DNA of 64,000 nucleotides from Minisyncoccota bacterium (lineage in GTDB: Bacteria > Patescibacteriota > Minisyncoccia > Phycocordibacterales > JAQTLZ01), in the NCBI GenBank assembly GCA_028714635.1, contig JAQTLZ010000004.1:32354-96353 (forward strand), read 5' to 3'. How positions within the stretch are numbered: position 1 is the stretch's first letter; each line of letters opens with the position of its first letter. Below are positions 8,629-18,020 of this stretch, piece by piece. The position numbers and the translations under genes are program-made. The notes under the pieces were generated by a model that had not been told where the DNA came from, did not search any database, and saw only the letters and a list, made by a program, of their open reading frames with translations.

Positions 8629-9849
8629 CTATTTTTCTGCGCCGTCTTTTGAAAAGAGCTTGTTCAAGAAAATTGTCTCAAGACAGAGAAACATATCCCC
8701 ATCTCCGATGCCGTTTCTCTCATAATGCAGAGCAAGCGTCTTGCTTTCGAGGGGCACAACTTTTTTCGCGCCGGTTTTCTCGTCCGCTTTTTCTATTTTT
8801 TTGATGACACTGTTGAAAAGATTTGCGAACGGAGGTTCCGAGATGAGATAAAAGAGCGACGGGACAGCTCTATTCTCGCCGAGGTTGCCGAGAGCAGATT
8901 GGAATGCTTCATTCCATTTTGTTTGCATATCTTTCACGACGCCTTCTATCTTTCCGCCCGTTTTTTCGAATGTTTTGCCATCGAGAAAGAGCGAGAGGGA
9001 TGAAATGGCGACATCTCGAGATACTTCTAACGCTTCAGAAATTTTGCGAAGCGTCTGGTTGTGCCCGACTGGGAAAGAAAATGTTTCCAGAAGCCCTCCT
9101 CCTTTGATGAGCGAGATTTCGGTTGATTCTCCTCCGACATCGACAATGAAAAAATCGTTTTCACCCGGATAAATGTCGCGAAGCACGGAATGGGCAACTC
9201 CTGGGAAAGAATGTATGCCAACGTGCCGAGGGTGGAAAGAATGAAGCACGACATCTTTGACACGATTTAGAAGATGCGAATCAATGAAGCTTGAAAGTAT
9301 GTTTGCTTCCGCGGAAAAGATGATCTGGCCGAACGGTTTTGCTGTCTCGTAGCCGTTTAGTTTTATTTGGATGACCTTTTGTTCCAGGAAGTTTATTCCG
9401 CTTACGTTTTTATTTTGATTTGCTTCGACGGCTTTTTCGTACGATGTTTTTTCGTGCGCGAGCATTTCTTTGAGCAGTCTTTCCGTGAATGTAAAAGGCT
9501 TCTCTTTCTCGATGCGGGCAATTTTTGTCTCTGAAATATACCAAGGAGAAGAAAAGACCAAAAATACTTCTTTTACTTTGTGGTCTTTGAATTCGGTGGC
9601 TGAAAGGTGGGCAATCCCCTCTACTTGAAGCGAGCTTGTGACCTTAGTGAGCGCGGAGAGGGTTTCTGAAACTAATTCTTCTGAACCGGGGCTTTCGTGA
9701 AAAGGAATTTCGAGACGGGCTGTGTAGAGAATTTTAGGCTTGCCGTGGCGGGAAAGCTCCAAAAGGGCTCCGCCGACGCTTCGTGAGCTTATATCAAAGA
9801 GAACTGAAATTTCATGCTCTGGTTTTTTGAAAAGAGACGAGAGGAACAT
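8629..9849 (-). CDS. FtsA/PilM-like actin-fold protein (divergent)
   Basis: LFDISSRSV and IVDVGGESTEIS resemble the two phosphate loops of the actin/FtsA fold; FPVGHN follows. Confidence 0.55.
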   Translation of the reverse strand: MFLSSLFKKPEHEISVLFDISSRSVGGALLELSRHGKPKILYTARLEIPFHESPGSEELVSETLSALTKVTSSLQVEGIAHLSATEFKDHKVKEVFLVFSSPWYISETKIARIEKEKPFTFTERLLKEMLAHEKTSYEKAVEANQNKNVSGINFLEQKVIQIKLNGYETAKPFGQIIFSAEANILSSFIDSHLLNRVKDVVLHSFHPRHVGIHSFPGVAHSVLRDIYPGENDFFIVDVGGESTEISLIKGGGLLETFSFPVGHNQTLRKISEALEVSRDVAISSLSLFLDGKTFEKTGGKIEGVVKDMQTKWNEAFQSALGNLGENRAVPSLFYLISEPPFANLFNSVIKKIEKADEKTGAKKVVPLESKTLALHYERNGIGDGDMFLCLETIFLNKLFSKDGAEK

Positions 9850-9892
9850 TCATTAATTGTATCATCTCCTCTAAATCCTTTGAAGTGGAAAG

Positions 9893-11665
9893 CTATTCCA
9901 ATACTGCCTTTATACGACGAACTCCGGCGGAGACGGCTTCTTCTTTTTGGATTTTGAAAGTTCCCTTTAATTCTGATGTGTTAGAGACGTGGGGGCCCCC
10001 GCAGAGCTCCATGCTCACGATTCCGGTTTTCTCATTGCCGATGGAATAGACTTTTACCACTTCTCCATATTTATCTTCAAAAACGCCGATAGCGCCGAGT
10101 TCTTTCGCTTCAATAATTGGCATTTCTCGAAAAGAAACTGGAAGTTCTGCCTTGATCTGCGCATTTATCCATTCTTCCACCTGTTTTTTCTCCTCGTCAG
10201 TCATTTTTGCAGTGTGAATGAAGTCGAATCGAAGCCGGTCGGGAGTGATGTTGCTTCCCTTTTGTTCAACGTGCGCGCCGAGCACTTTTCGTAATGCGGA
10301 ATTCAAAAGGTGCGTTGCTGTATGGTATTGAACTTCTTTATCGGAATGCCCCGCAAGTCCTCCTTTAAATTTCTGTTCTGCGCCTTTGCGAGAAAGTTCT
10401 TGGTGTTCTTTGAATTTTTTATTGAAACCAGCAACATCTACCGTCTTACCTTCTTCTTTTGCAAGCTCGAGCGTTACTTCGAGTGGAAAACCGTGGCTTG
10501 AGAAAAGGTCGAAGGCTTCTTCTCCGGAAATATGTTTTTCAGAGATCTTTTCAAATAATTTCAATCCGCTTGCGAGAGTTTTCCTGAATTTCTGCTCTTC
10601 CTCATCGATTTCTTTTCTTATCAGATCACGTTTTTTTGAAATACTATCATATATGATAGTATATTTTTCTATCACTGTTTCGGCAATCCAAGAAAGCGAA
10701 TCGTGCTTCATCTCTAATTTGTCTGCAAAGCGAACAGCTCGTCGAAGAAGTCGGCGCAAAATATATCCAGCATCTGTATTTGATGGAATGACCCCGTCGC
10801 CGATCATGAAAACAGCAGTACGAATGTGATCAGCAACAATTCTCTTCGCTTTTTCGTCGGCAGAAGTTGTGAACTCATTTATCTTTGCCATTATCGGCTG
10901 AAAAAGATCAGTGGCAAAAACATTTGCTACTCCTTGCGAAACCATACAAAGCCGTTCAAAGCCTCCGCCAAAGTCCACATTTTGTTGTTTGAGTTTTCCA
11001 ACCACAACCCCGTTCTTTTTTTCATAGCCCATGAAGACGTCGTTTCCAATTTCCACAACCTCCTGTTTGTTATCGGCTTCGAGATACTCTTCTTTTGTCA
11101 TTTTACCCAAACCTTTTTTCGTAAGGTCGTAGAAAATTTCGGTGTCGGGTCCGCATGGTCCGTTCTCACCCGCTTGCCACCAATTATTTTTTGCGGGAAG
11201 GAAATAGATGCGATCTTTGGGAATTCCAATTGATTCCCAGATTTCTGCCGATTCTGTATCTTTCGGAGCATTTTCATCACCCTCAAAACAGGTTACGTAG
11301 ATTCGATTTGGATCGAGACCGAGTCCCGCTTCCTTGCTTGTAAAGAATTCGTATGTCCAGGAAATAGCATCTTTTTTAAAATAATCACCGAGTGACCAGT
11401 TGCCAAGCATCTCAAAAAAGGTGTTGTGGGTATTGTCTCCCACCTCATCAATGTCTTGTGTACGGACGCATTTCTGAATATTCGCAAGACGTCTTTGTGT
11501 CGGCATAACTCTGCCAAGAAGAAAAGGCACGAGAGGCTGCATTCCGGCAGTTGTAAAAAGAACAGATGGATCATTTTCTGGCAAAAGCGAAGCCGAAGGC
11601 AAAATCATATGATCCCGCTTCTTAAAAAACTCTAAAAATTTGCTTCGAATTTCTTCGGATTGCAT
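9893..11665 (-). CDS. alaS: Alanine--tRNA ligase (short form, no C-Ala domain)
   Basis: DPSVLFTTAGMQP, TFFEMLGNWS, GPCGPDTEIF, HTATHLL, ELCGGPHV; ends at GVRRIKAVLE. Confidence 0.97.
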   Translation of the reverse strand: MQSEEIRSKFLEFFKKRDHMILPSASLLPENDPSVLFTTAGMQPLVPFLLGRVMPTQRRLANIQKCVRTQDIDEVGDNTHNTFFEMLGNWSLGDYFKKDAISWTYEFFTSKEAGLGLDPNRIYVTCFEGDENAPKDTESAEIWESIGIPKDRIYFLPAKNNWWQAGENGPCGPDTEIFYDLTKKGLGKMTKEEYLEADNKQEVVEIGNDVFMGYEKKNGVVVGKLKQQNVDFGGGFERLCMVSQGVANVFATDLFQPIMAKINEFTTSADEKAKRIVADHIRTAVFMIGDGVIPSNTDAGYILRRLLRRAVRFADKLEMKHDSLSWIAETVIEKYTIIYDSISKKRDLIRKEIDEEEQKFRKTLASGLKLFEKISEKHISGEEAFDLFSSHGFPLEVTLELAKEEGKTVDVAGFNKKFKEHQELSRKGAEQKFKGGLAGHSDKEVQYHTATHLLNSALRKVLGAHVEQKGSNITPDRLRFDFIHTAKMTDEEKKQVEEWINAQIKAELPVSFREMPIIEAKELGAIGVFEDKYGEVVKVYSIGNEKTGIVSMELCGGPHVSNTSELKGTFKIQKEEAVSAGVRRIKAVLE

Positions 11666-11797
11666 GAGGATAAATATAGCATAATTCGATCAGTTAAAAA
11701 ATTGAGTTGTCCGAACATGTTGACAAATACTAAATTCGTAGTAATCTATATTTTGGTAGACACTCGAATTTCGCAGTGTCGGATTGGGGAGGAAGTC

Positions 11798-12010
11798 ATG
11801 ATCAATAATTTCGTGCCAAGTCCAGATTGGACAGATGCAGAACGCCTCCAGTTGATCGCTCTTCTGGGGCAGGAGATGAAGGAGGCATCTCAACAAGTCC
11901 TCCTAGCATCGTCAAAGGTGTTTACTTGGGGGGAAAAGCTTGTGTTTCTCGCGACACAGAGCCCAGCCTTTCTTGAGGCTAATCGATCACAGATTTTGGG
12001 GGACGATTAG
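11798..12010 (+). CDS. Orphan hypothetical protein (70 aa)
   Basis: GGGGAGG Shine-Dalgarno 5 nt before ATG 11798; TTGACA upstream; hairpin downstream. Confidence 0.55.
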   Translation: MINNFVPSPDWTDAERLQLIALLGQEMKEASQQVLLASSKVFTWGEKLVFLATQSPAFLEANRSQILGDD

Positions 12011-12051
12011 CCTGCGGCTCCTACGTGACGCGCCGTTGTTCAACTAACATC

Positions 12052-12089
12052 TAGCTGTTTTGTTCGCCGCCAAGCGAACAAAACAGCTA
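12052..12089. terminator. Hairpin between convergent genes, probable bidirectional terminator
   Basis: tagctgttttgttcgc-cgccaa-gcgaacaaaacagcta, 16-bp stem. Confidence 0.65.
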
Positions 12090-12091
12090 TT

Positions 12092-12685
12092 TTATTTATA
12101 TTTTTTCAGAACTTCGAAATCTTTTTTTAAAGTGTCTTTAAGGTGTTGATTATAGATTGCGGCGGCGGGGTGGTAGAGCGGGATGACTGTGAGGCTACCG
12201 TAGGAGACTTCTACTTCAAAAGTTTTGCCGTGCATCATGCTTATTACTTGTAACTGTGCGCCAAGACCGAATTTTTTCATAATGTATTCCATCGAGAAAC
12301 GCCCCAATGTTGCGATGATTTTCGGCTCAATTATAGTGATTTGACGGTCTAAAAATGGCCCGTAAGCGTCTATTTCTGACGGTAGAGGGTCACGATTGTC
12401 AGTAGGCCTATCCTTGACGATGTTTGTCACATAGACGCCCTTTCGGTCAATCCCGACGCTCGCCAAAAGCTCGTCCAAAATCCTGCCTGATGCTCCGCAA
12501 AAAGGCTTGCCCGTTTTGGCCTCATTCTTTCCTGGCGCTTCGCCGATGAACATTATTTTCGCATAATGATCCCCTTCTCCGATCACAGGGAAAACTTTAT
12601 TTTTCCGGCGCTCATCAGCAAGCGGACTTTCCATTGCGAGAAGCTCGTCTTTAATCCGTTTGAGTTTTACTGTGTGTTCGTCCAT
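12092..12685 (-). CDS. Uracil-DNA glycosylase, family 4-like
   Basis: IMFIGEAPG, PFCGASG, VYVTNIVKDRP..NRDP, IATLGR, LYHPAA. Confidence 0.93.
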   Translation of the reverse strand: MDEHTVKLKRIKDELLAMESPLADERRKNKVFPVIGEGDHYAKIMFIGEAPGKNEAKTGKPFCGASGRILDELLASVGIDRKGVYVTNIVKDRPTDNRDPLPSEIDAYGPFLDRQITIIEPKIIATLGRFSMEYIMKKFGLGAQLQVISMMHGKTFEVEVSYGSLTVIPLYHPAAAIYNQHLKDTLKKDFEVLKKYK

Positions 12686-12978
12686 TAATCTTCATTTCTA
12701 GCGAGGTTGTAGCGAGGTTGAACCTCGCTAAGAGCACCCTCCTTTTTAAGAAGTGCGATTTTTTGCATATCTCCGCGATTATAGTGTCCGGTTTTGCCGT
12801 CGGAACGGATGACTCGGTGGCACGGGATTCTCGGATTGTAGTTGGTTTTGAGGATGGAGCCGACAGCGCGGGAAGCCCGAGGGCTTCCCGCGCGCTCTGC
12901 CACTTCTTTGTACGTCAGAACTTTTCCTTTTGGAATTTTCGCCACTACTGCAAACACTTTTTCCGTAAACGTCTTCAT
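12685..12978 (-). CDS. MGMT / methylated-DNA--protein-cysteine methyltransferase family protein
   Basis: IPKGKVLTYKEVA, RAVGSIL, active-site IPCHRVI. Confidence 0.9.
   Translation of the reverse strand: MKTFTEKVFAVVAKIPKGKVLTYKEVAERAGSPRASRAVGSILKTNYNPRIPCHRVIRSDGKTGHYNRGDMQKIALLKKEGALSEVQPRYNLARNED
12699..12730. repeat. REP-like palindrome with a duplicated half, inside the 3' end of the MGMT gene
   Basis: tagcgaggttg tagcgaggtt-g-aacctcgcta; covaries with the transposase-flanking palindromes. Confidence 0.65.
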
Positions 12979-12986
12979 TTTAAATG

Positions 12987-13469
12987 CTATTTTATTTCTC
13001 CGCTCTCTTCAGAATATTCGGAACCAGTTTCTTTGATCGCTGTCTCTACTTTCCACAGCACGGTAAAGACAAGGAGAGTAAGGACAGTTGCAAAAATTGA
13101 AAGCAAGTAGAGTTGAAATCCAATAGCAATTCCAATCCCGCAGGCGACCCAAAGTCCTGCCGCCGTGGTAAGTCCTTTCAATTTATCATCTTTGAAAATG
13201 ATGAGGCCCGCGCCGAGAAATCCGATGCCGGTAATGATCGCTCCGGGAATCTGTGTGGGAATGACATCGCCCACTCCAAGCGCTCGGGCATGTATGATCT
13301 CTGAAATGACAACAAAAAGACAAGAACCCATTGCGACAAGAGAAAAGGTCCTCATTCCCGCGCCTTTATGAGAGAGACTTCTTTGAATTCCTAAAATCCC
13401 GCCGAGCACCAGCGCGAGGAGTAGCTGGAAGAACATAACAGTATTTGGATTCGCAAAAAATGTATCCAT
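12987..13469 (-). CDS. MgtC/SapB family membrane protein
   Basis: AGMRTFSLVAMGS, IITGIGFLGAG, GLTTAAGLW. Confidence 0.93.
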   Translation of the reverse strand: MDTFFANPNTVMFFQLLLALVLGGILGIQRSLSHKGAGMRTFSLVAMGSCLFVVISEIIHARALGVGDVIPTQIPGAIITGIGFLGAGLIIFKDDKLKGLTTAAGLWVACGIGIAIGFQLYLLSIFATVLTLLVFTVLWKVETAIKETGSEYSEESGEIK

Positions 13470-13528
13470 ATAATTTTAAATTGGATTAATTAATGTGGCT
13501 TTATTTTATCGCACCCGAAACTTTCCCG

Positions 13529-14614
13529 CTAGGAGATGATTGCACCGCCGAGGCAGGTGTTTTTGTCGTATACGACTAGAGATTGCCCCGAAGTGACTGC
13601 TTGAATCGGCTTTTCAAAGCTTACTATGGCCGTTTTTTTGGTTTTTATTTCGACGGTACATTTTTCGAGCGGCTGGCGATAGCGGACTCGGGCGCTGTAC
13701 ACCTTTCTTTTTTGAGGAATTTCAGAGATCCAATTGGTATCTTCAATTTTTACAATGTGAGTGTCTTTGAGGAAATTATTTTCCGGTTTTTTTTCTGAGA
13801 CGGTGAGGACGTTTTTCTTGATATCTTTTTTCACAATGTAGTATGGAGTGTCGTGAGGAGTTTTTTTGGTTATTGTGAACCCATGTCTCTGTCCCAAAGT
13901 GTAGAAAAATGCTCCCTCGTGCTTCCCTATCGTTTTCCCAGATTCATCGAGTACTTTTCCGGGTTTTTCTTTCACAAAATGGCTTAAGAATTCTTTAAGG
14001 TCTACTTTACCGATAAAGCAGAGCCCTTGGCTGTCTTTCTTCGTTGCTGTGTGGAGGTTGAATTTTTCTGCGAGCTTTCGCACTTCCGGTTTCTCGATAT
14101 TTCCTACTGGAAAAAATGTTTTTGAAAGTTCTTTTTGCGTGAGTGTCCAGAGAAAATAGCTTTGATCTTTATTGAAGTCAGAGCCAGCTTTCATTTCAAA
14201 TTTTCCACGTTTTGTTTTCGCAACTTGGGCGTAATGGCCAGTAGCGACATAGTCCGCTCCCATCTTGCGGGCCTTATCAAAAAACGCTCTGAATTTCACA
14301 TGGCGGTTGCACATCACGTCTGGATTAGGGGTTCGTCCCGCTTTGTATTCGCGAATCATGTAATCCACCACTTCTTTTTTGTATTCTTTTTGGAGGTCGA
14401 ATGTGAGAAAAGGAATGCCGAGTCGGGCGCAAATCCGCATTGCGTCCAGGCGTTCTTCTTTCCAGTTGCATGGCAGAAAATCTGCCTGCCAGACTTTGAT
14501 GAAAACCCCGGTTACGTCGTACCCGGCTTTTTTAAGGAGTGCAGCAGAAACAGAGGAGTCTACTCCCCCCGAAAGTCCTACAAAGACCTTTTGTTTGGGG
14601 CTTTTTTGAATCAT
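13529..14614 (-). CDS. mnmA: tRNA 2-thiouridine(34) synthase MnmA
   Basis: SGGVDSS, TPNPDVMCN, ATGHY, KDQSYFL, DSQGLCF, GQSLVVY. Start placed at ATG 14614, downstream of a TGG-CATACT -10-like box. Confidence 0.96.
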   Translation of the reverse strand: MIQKSPKQKVFVGLSGGVDSSVSAALLKKAGYDVTGVFIKVWQADFLPCNWKEERLDAMRICARLGIPFLTFDLQKEYKKEVVDYMIREYKAGRTPNPDVMCNRHVKFRAFFDKARKMGADYVATGHYAQVAKTKRGKFEMKAGSDFNKDQSYFLWTLTQKELSKTFFPVGNIEKPEVRKLAEKFNLHTATKKDSQGLCFIGKVDLKEFLSHFVKEKPGKVLDESGKTIGKHEGAFFYTLGQRHGFTITKKTPHDTPYYIVKKDIKKNVLTVSEKKPENNFLKDTHIVKIEDTNWISEIPQKRKVYSARVRYRQPLEKCTVEIKTKKTAIVSFEKPIQAVTSGQSLVVYDKNTCLGGAIIS

Positions 14615-14718
14615 TTCGAACACAGTATGCCACAATTGACAAGCTTTGAGAAATGTATACTATTTTCGTCGAAAGTTGGCGTTTAAATCCTTTGAAACCC
14701 TGTTTAAGGAGTCAGACA

Positions 14719-15450
14719 ATGGCCACAAGTCGTCGACAAGGAATTCTGGTGCCGGATTTTACGGCGCGCCCGGATCGCCCAAGCGGGACAATTCCAGCGA
14801 TTGTCCAACTTGAAGGAAATGGGGTCGTCATTGATCTCATTTACCTGAACCGAAGCAAGTTTTTTGAAATGCTTTGGACTGGAACGGTAAGCGCCTGCAG
14901 AAAGGAACTTCAGGTTGTCGGTGTGCGCATAAACTGCGAGGTGAACTCCCTTTTGGTATCGGTTTCAAGAAAATCGGCCAATGATCGTTCGGTGCTTTGT
15001 ACGGTAGAGCGCGACGAGCTTTTTCCCCACAAAAACGAGCCGAAGTTCAAGGATGGAGATGAGATCAGGCCCGTGATTGTCATGCAGACCTTTCCGGAAG
15101 GAATGGTCTCGATGCTTGGCTCAACGAATAGTCTGGCATTCGAAACAATGCGCGACCTAGGCCAGCTTGTACTTTGGTCGGTCTCGAGGAAAAAACTTTG
15201 GCACAAAGGCGCCGAAGAAAGTGGAAATTATGTTCCCGTGGAGCATGTCTACACACACCCAAGCGGCATGCTTCTCACTTATGTGACGAATTCGGCGGTG
15301 CCAGTCTGTCACACAAATTCCTTGGGATGCTACTCTCGCAGTGTTCTTGTCAGTACGCCTCTCCTTATGGATGTCCCGGAAGATAGGATTCCGAGGCTGA
15401 AAGTTCTTGATAGGAGAATGGCGGCGGTGTCCGAGCTGATCAAATCCTGA
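14719..15450 (+). CDS. Tandem phosphoribosyl-AMP cyclohydrolase (HisI)-like protein, divergent
   Basis: C-terminal half LWSVSRKKLWHKGAEESGN...VCHTNSLGCY matches the HisI WSRSR..LW.KGETSGN / CHTG..SC pattern. N-terminal half IPAIVQ...INCEVNSLLV looks like a second copy. AAGGAG RBS before ATG 14719. Confidence 0.65.
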   Translation: MATSRRQGILVPDFTARPDRPSGTIPAIVQLEGNGVVIDLIYLNRSKFFEMLWTGTVSACRKELQVVGVRINCEVNSLLVSVSRKSANDRSVLCTVERDELFPHKNEPKFKDGDEIRPVIVMQTFPEGMVSMLGSTNSLAFETMRDLGQLVLWSVSRKKLWHKGAEESGNYVPVEHVYTHPSGMLLTYVTNSAVPVCHTNSLGCYSRSVLVSTPLLMDVPEDRIPRLKVLDRRMAAVSELIKS

Positions 15451-15503
15451 TCTTCTCGATGTTCATTTCACACGAAGACGGTTTTCCGAAAGGAGCCGTT
15501 TTT

Positions 15504-16463
15504 TTAATCCAAATATTTTTTCTTGTTTGCTAAATGTTCCGCATAAGTCGCTGCGTAATGCATCACCCCATCTCTTCCTGAAAGGTAAAAAAGATATTTC
15601 GAAGTTGTCGGATGGATGGCTGCGTCTATTGCATCCAAGCCGGGATTTGAAATTGGCCCCGGTGGAAGACCCGTGTGCAAATAGGTGTTGTAAGGAGAAT
15701 CAAATTTCAGATCTTTGAGCGTTAGTTCAAAGGTGGTTTTGTCTGTCACGTAGGAAAGAGGCGCGTCTACTTGAAGGCGCATTCCGAGTTTCAATCGTTT
15801 CCAAAGAACTCCAGCGACCATTTTTCTGTCTTCGCTTGTGAGCGCTTCTTCCTCAAGAATGGACGCCATTGTTATCGCATCTTTAAATGTTCTGCCTGAA
15901 ATAAGAACATCCGCTTTCAAAACCCCCGTCTTTTTTTCGAAATTTTCAGAAAGCGTTTTTATAATATTTTCCGTGGTGATATTTATCGGGAAAAAATAGG
16001 TGTCGGGGAAAAGGTACCCTTCATCTTTTGTAGTAAGCTTCAAAAATTCATTTTTACTGAAATGAAAGTACTCTGCGGGCATTAAATTCGCAATTTGGAG
16101 GGTGTTGAGCCCTTCAGGGATGGTAACGCGTTTCAAAGGAAACCCAAAATCTCCGGCACTCACTCTTTTTGCTATTGAGAAAACAGAGAGTGGTTTCGTG
16201 AAGACGTATTCTCCGGAGATAACTGCTTTTTCATGATTGAGAAGGATGACGAAGTTATCAAAGAGGAATGATGAGCGGATAATCCCCTTCTCTTTCAAAA
16301 ATGAACCGACTTCCTTTAAGGAACTGCCGGATTCGATCATCACTATTTTGTTGGAAGGAAAGCCCGAAGGAGGCAAGGAGAGAAAATAAAAAGCGACTAA
16401 CAAGACGCACCCTGCGATGATGAGGAGAGCTTTTCTTTTCAAAAGGTATTTGGGAAAGCGCAT
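15504..16463 (-). CDS. mltG: Endolytic transglycosylase MltG (YceG family)
   Basis: VTIPEG, EGYLFPDTY, MASILEEE, LQVDA, SPYNTY..GLPPGPISNPG. Confidence 0.95.
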   Translation of the reverse strand: MRFPKYLLKRKALLIIAGCVLLVAFYFLSLPPSGFPSNKIVMIESGSSLKEVGSFLKEKGIIRSSFLFDNFVILLNHEKAVISGEYVFTKPLSVFSIAKRVSAGDFGFPLKRVTIPEGLNTLQIANLMPAEYFHFSKNEFLKLTTKDEGYLFPDTYFFPINITTENIIKTLSENFEKKTGVLKADVLISGRTFKDAITMASILEEEALTSEDRKMVAGVLWKRLKLGMRLQVDAPLSYVTDKTTFELTLKDLKFDSPYNTYLHTGLPPGPISNPGLDAIDAAIHPTTSKYLFYLSGRDGVMHYAATYAEHLANKKKYLD

Positions 16464-16468
16464 AGAAG

Positions 16469-16569
16469 AAGGGTAAAGGGTTTAGGGTACAGGGTACAGG
16501 GTAGAAAATACTGTGCTGAGAAAGTTTTGATTTTTATTCTCAACCCCATACCCTCCACCCTGTCCCCTA
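16469..16569. repeat. Intergenic inverted array of degenerate 7-mers (nAGGGTn / nACCCTn)
   Basis: aagggta aagggtt tagggta cagggta cagggta ... aacccca taccctc caccctg tccccta; same unit as 6651-6727. Confidence 0.7.
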
Positions 16570-17919
16570 TTATGTTGGCAAATTCGAAGGAGGTTCCACT
16601 TTCTTTGAAGGAATTCTGGTGAATGATGGCGTTGTCGCGGCTTCTCCTGGGAAGTGATAAATGGAAGCGAGGCTTTCTGCATTCATGATAAAGCCGGCTT
16701 CCCGGAAATGATGATAGGGACCTTGGAAGAAGGAGCGTTTCTTGTACGCATCAAGCATCTGCTTTTCCATTCTGTTTCTTCGGATTCTTCGGAAGTCTTG
16801 CCAAGGATAATCGAAATCAGTAAACCAAGCCAATTTTATTTCATTTAATTCTTTCGAATTAAATTGGTTGAAGATTCCAATGATACCCGTGTTCGATATT
16901 GGATTGTAGGCCTCGGCTTTTGCGATGTAAAAAGCGCGGATAGTTGTCTCGAAAGGATATTTAGAAATATTGCGTTCGATCGCAGTAATCGCATTTTTAT
17001 CTCCCTCGCTCATAACTGGATGAATTGGGAATCCGGTATCTGAAACTACGTCTGGTCCCTTGGTTTCCGGATCGCGCTTCATGATCTTATTTACTTCCGC
17101 TTTCCCGGCATCAGACCAGAACGGCTGTTTGTAGAGAAATCCCTCTTTGAGGCCTTGTTTTCTATGGCATTGGAAGAGAACTTGAATCCAAACCGTTTCG
17201 CCTTTTTTCATCGAGCCTAAATATTCAAGAAGCGGAGTCATTGGCTCGATCTTGTATTCCTCTTTTGGATTTTCATGCATGCGAAAATCCATGTATGTTT
17301 TTATCGGATAGATACTTGGCTTCGCGAGATTATAATACGTTCCCCAGATAGGAAGATTCACGGGATCGTGTTCAACTTTATGGACGTAGTCGTCTTCGGG
17401 CTTCACGTCCAAAATTTCAATATTCGGATATTGGCCGTAGAGCTGGTGAACAAGAAGCTCCTTGAATTTTTTGAATGTCCACATGTAGAAGCGAATATTC
17501 CCGTCTTCTGAAACAATTTCGAAAGAAAACCAGGGCTTCACTTTTCCTTTCCAATAAGTTTCAAGATAGGTCGCACTTCCCTTTTGCCATAATGATGTGA
17601 GGACAAGCTCCATTGCTTCGGGAGATTTCACTAGCTCTTTTGGCAACTTAATTTCTATGAGCGCCGAACCCTGCCCCATAAGAAACATTGCGCGCCTCCA
17701 GTGGAGCCAGATATGCATAAATTGCGGAAGAAGAACCAAAGGAAGCCAGATCGGCGAGGTTTCAAAGATAACGGAAATTGTTTTTTCGAGGGCTCCAGGA
17801 AATTGAGCGAGGATAACCAGTGCAACAACGGCGAAAACTCCCACCATGAAATTTTGGAATGGCAGAAGTCCTTTATTGCTCAAATCAAAGATCGCCGGTT
17901 TTTTGGAGCCTGATGACAT
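16570..17919 (-). CDS. Conserved CPR-type membrane protein of unknown function
   Basis: Two N-terminal TM segments; LIEIKLPKEL.KSPEAME, WFSFEIVS, YPIKTYMDF, ESLASIYHFP, EPPSNLP motifs. Confidence 0.6.
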   Translation of the reverse strand: MSSGSKKPAIFDLSNKGLLPFQNFMVGVFAVVALVILAQFPGALEKTISVIFETSPIWLPLVLLPQFMHIWLHWRRAMFLMGQGSALIEIKLPKELVKSPEAMELVLTSLWQKGSATYLETYWKGKVKPWFSFEIVSEDGNIRFYMWTFKKFKELLVHQLYGQYPNIEILDVKPEDDYVHKVEHDPVNLPIWGTYYNLAKPSIYPIKTYMDFRMHENPKEEYKIEPMTPLLEYLGSMKKGETVWIQVLFQCHRKQGLKEGFLYKQPFWSDAGKAEVNKIMKRDPETKGPDVVSDTGFPIHPVMSEGDKNAITAIERNISKYPFETTIRAFYIAKAEAYNPISNTGIIGIFNQFNSKELNEIKLAWFTDFDYPWQDFRRIRRNRMEKQMLDAYKKRSFFQGPYHHFREAGFIMNAESLASIYHFPGEAATTPSFTRIPSKKVEPPSNLPT

Positions 17920-17982
17920 TTGGTTCCTTATATTCTATCGCATAGAAATATGTTTTTCCATCTACAAAAGGTGGATACGGGG

Positions 17983-18020
17983 AAAACAAAAAACTGCCTT
18001 GCCGGCAGTTTTTTGTTTTT
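17983..18020 (-). terminator. Intrinsic terminator
   Basis: aaaacaaaaaactgcc-ttgcc-ggcagttttttgtttt. Confidence 0.65.

Noticed and set aside
9893-11665. Short AlaRS, L13, epsilon, delta and UvrC as pseudogenes
   Set aside because: Each ends cleanly at a domain boundary with no downstream remnant; this fits genome streamlining.
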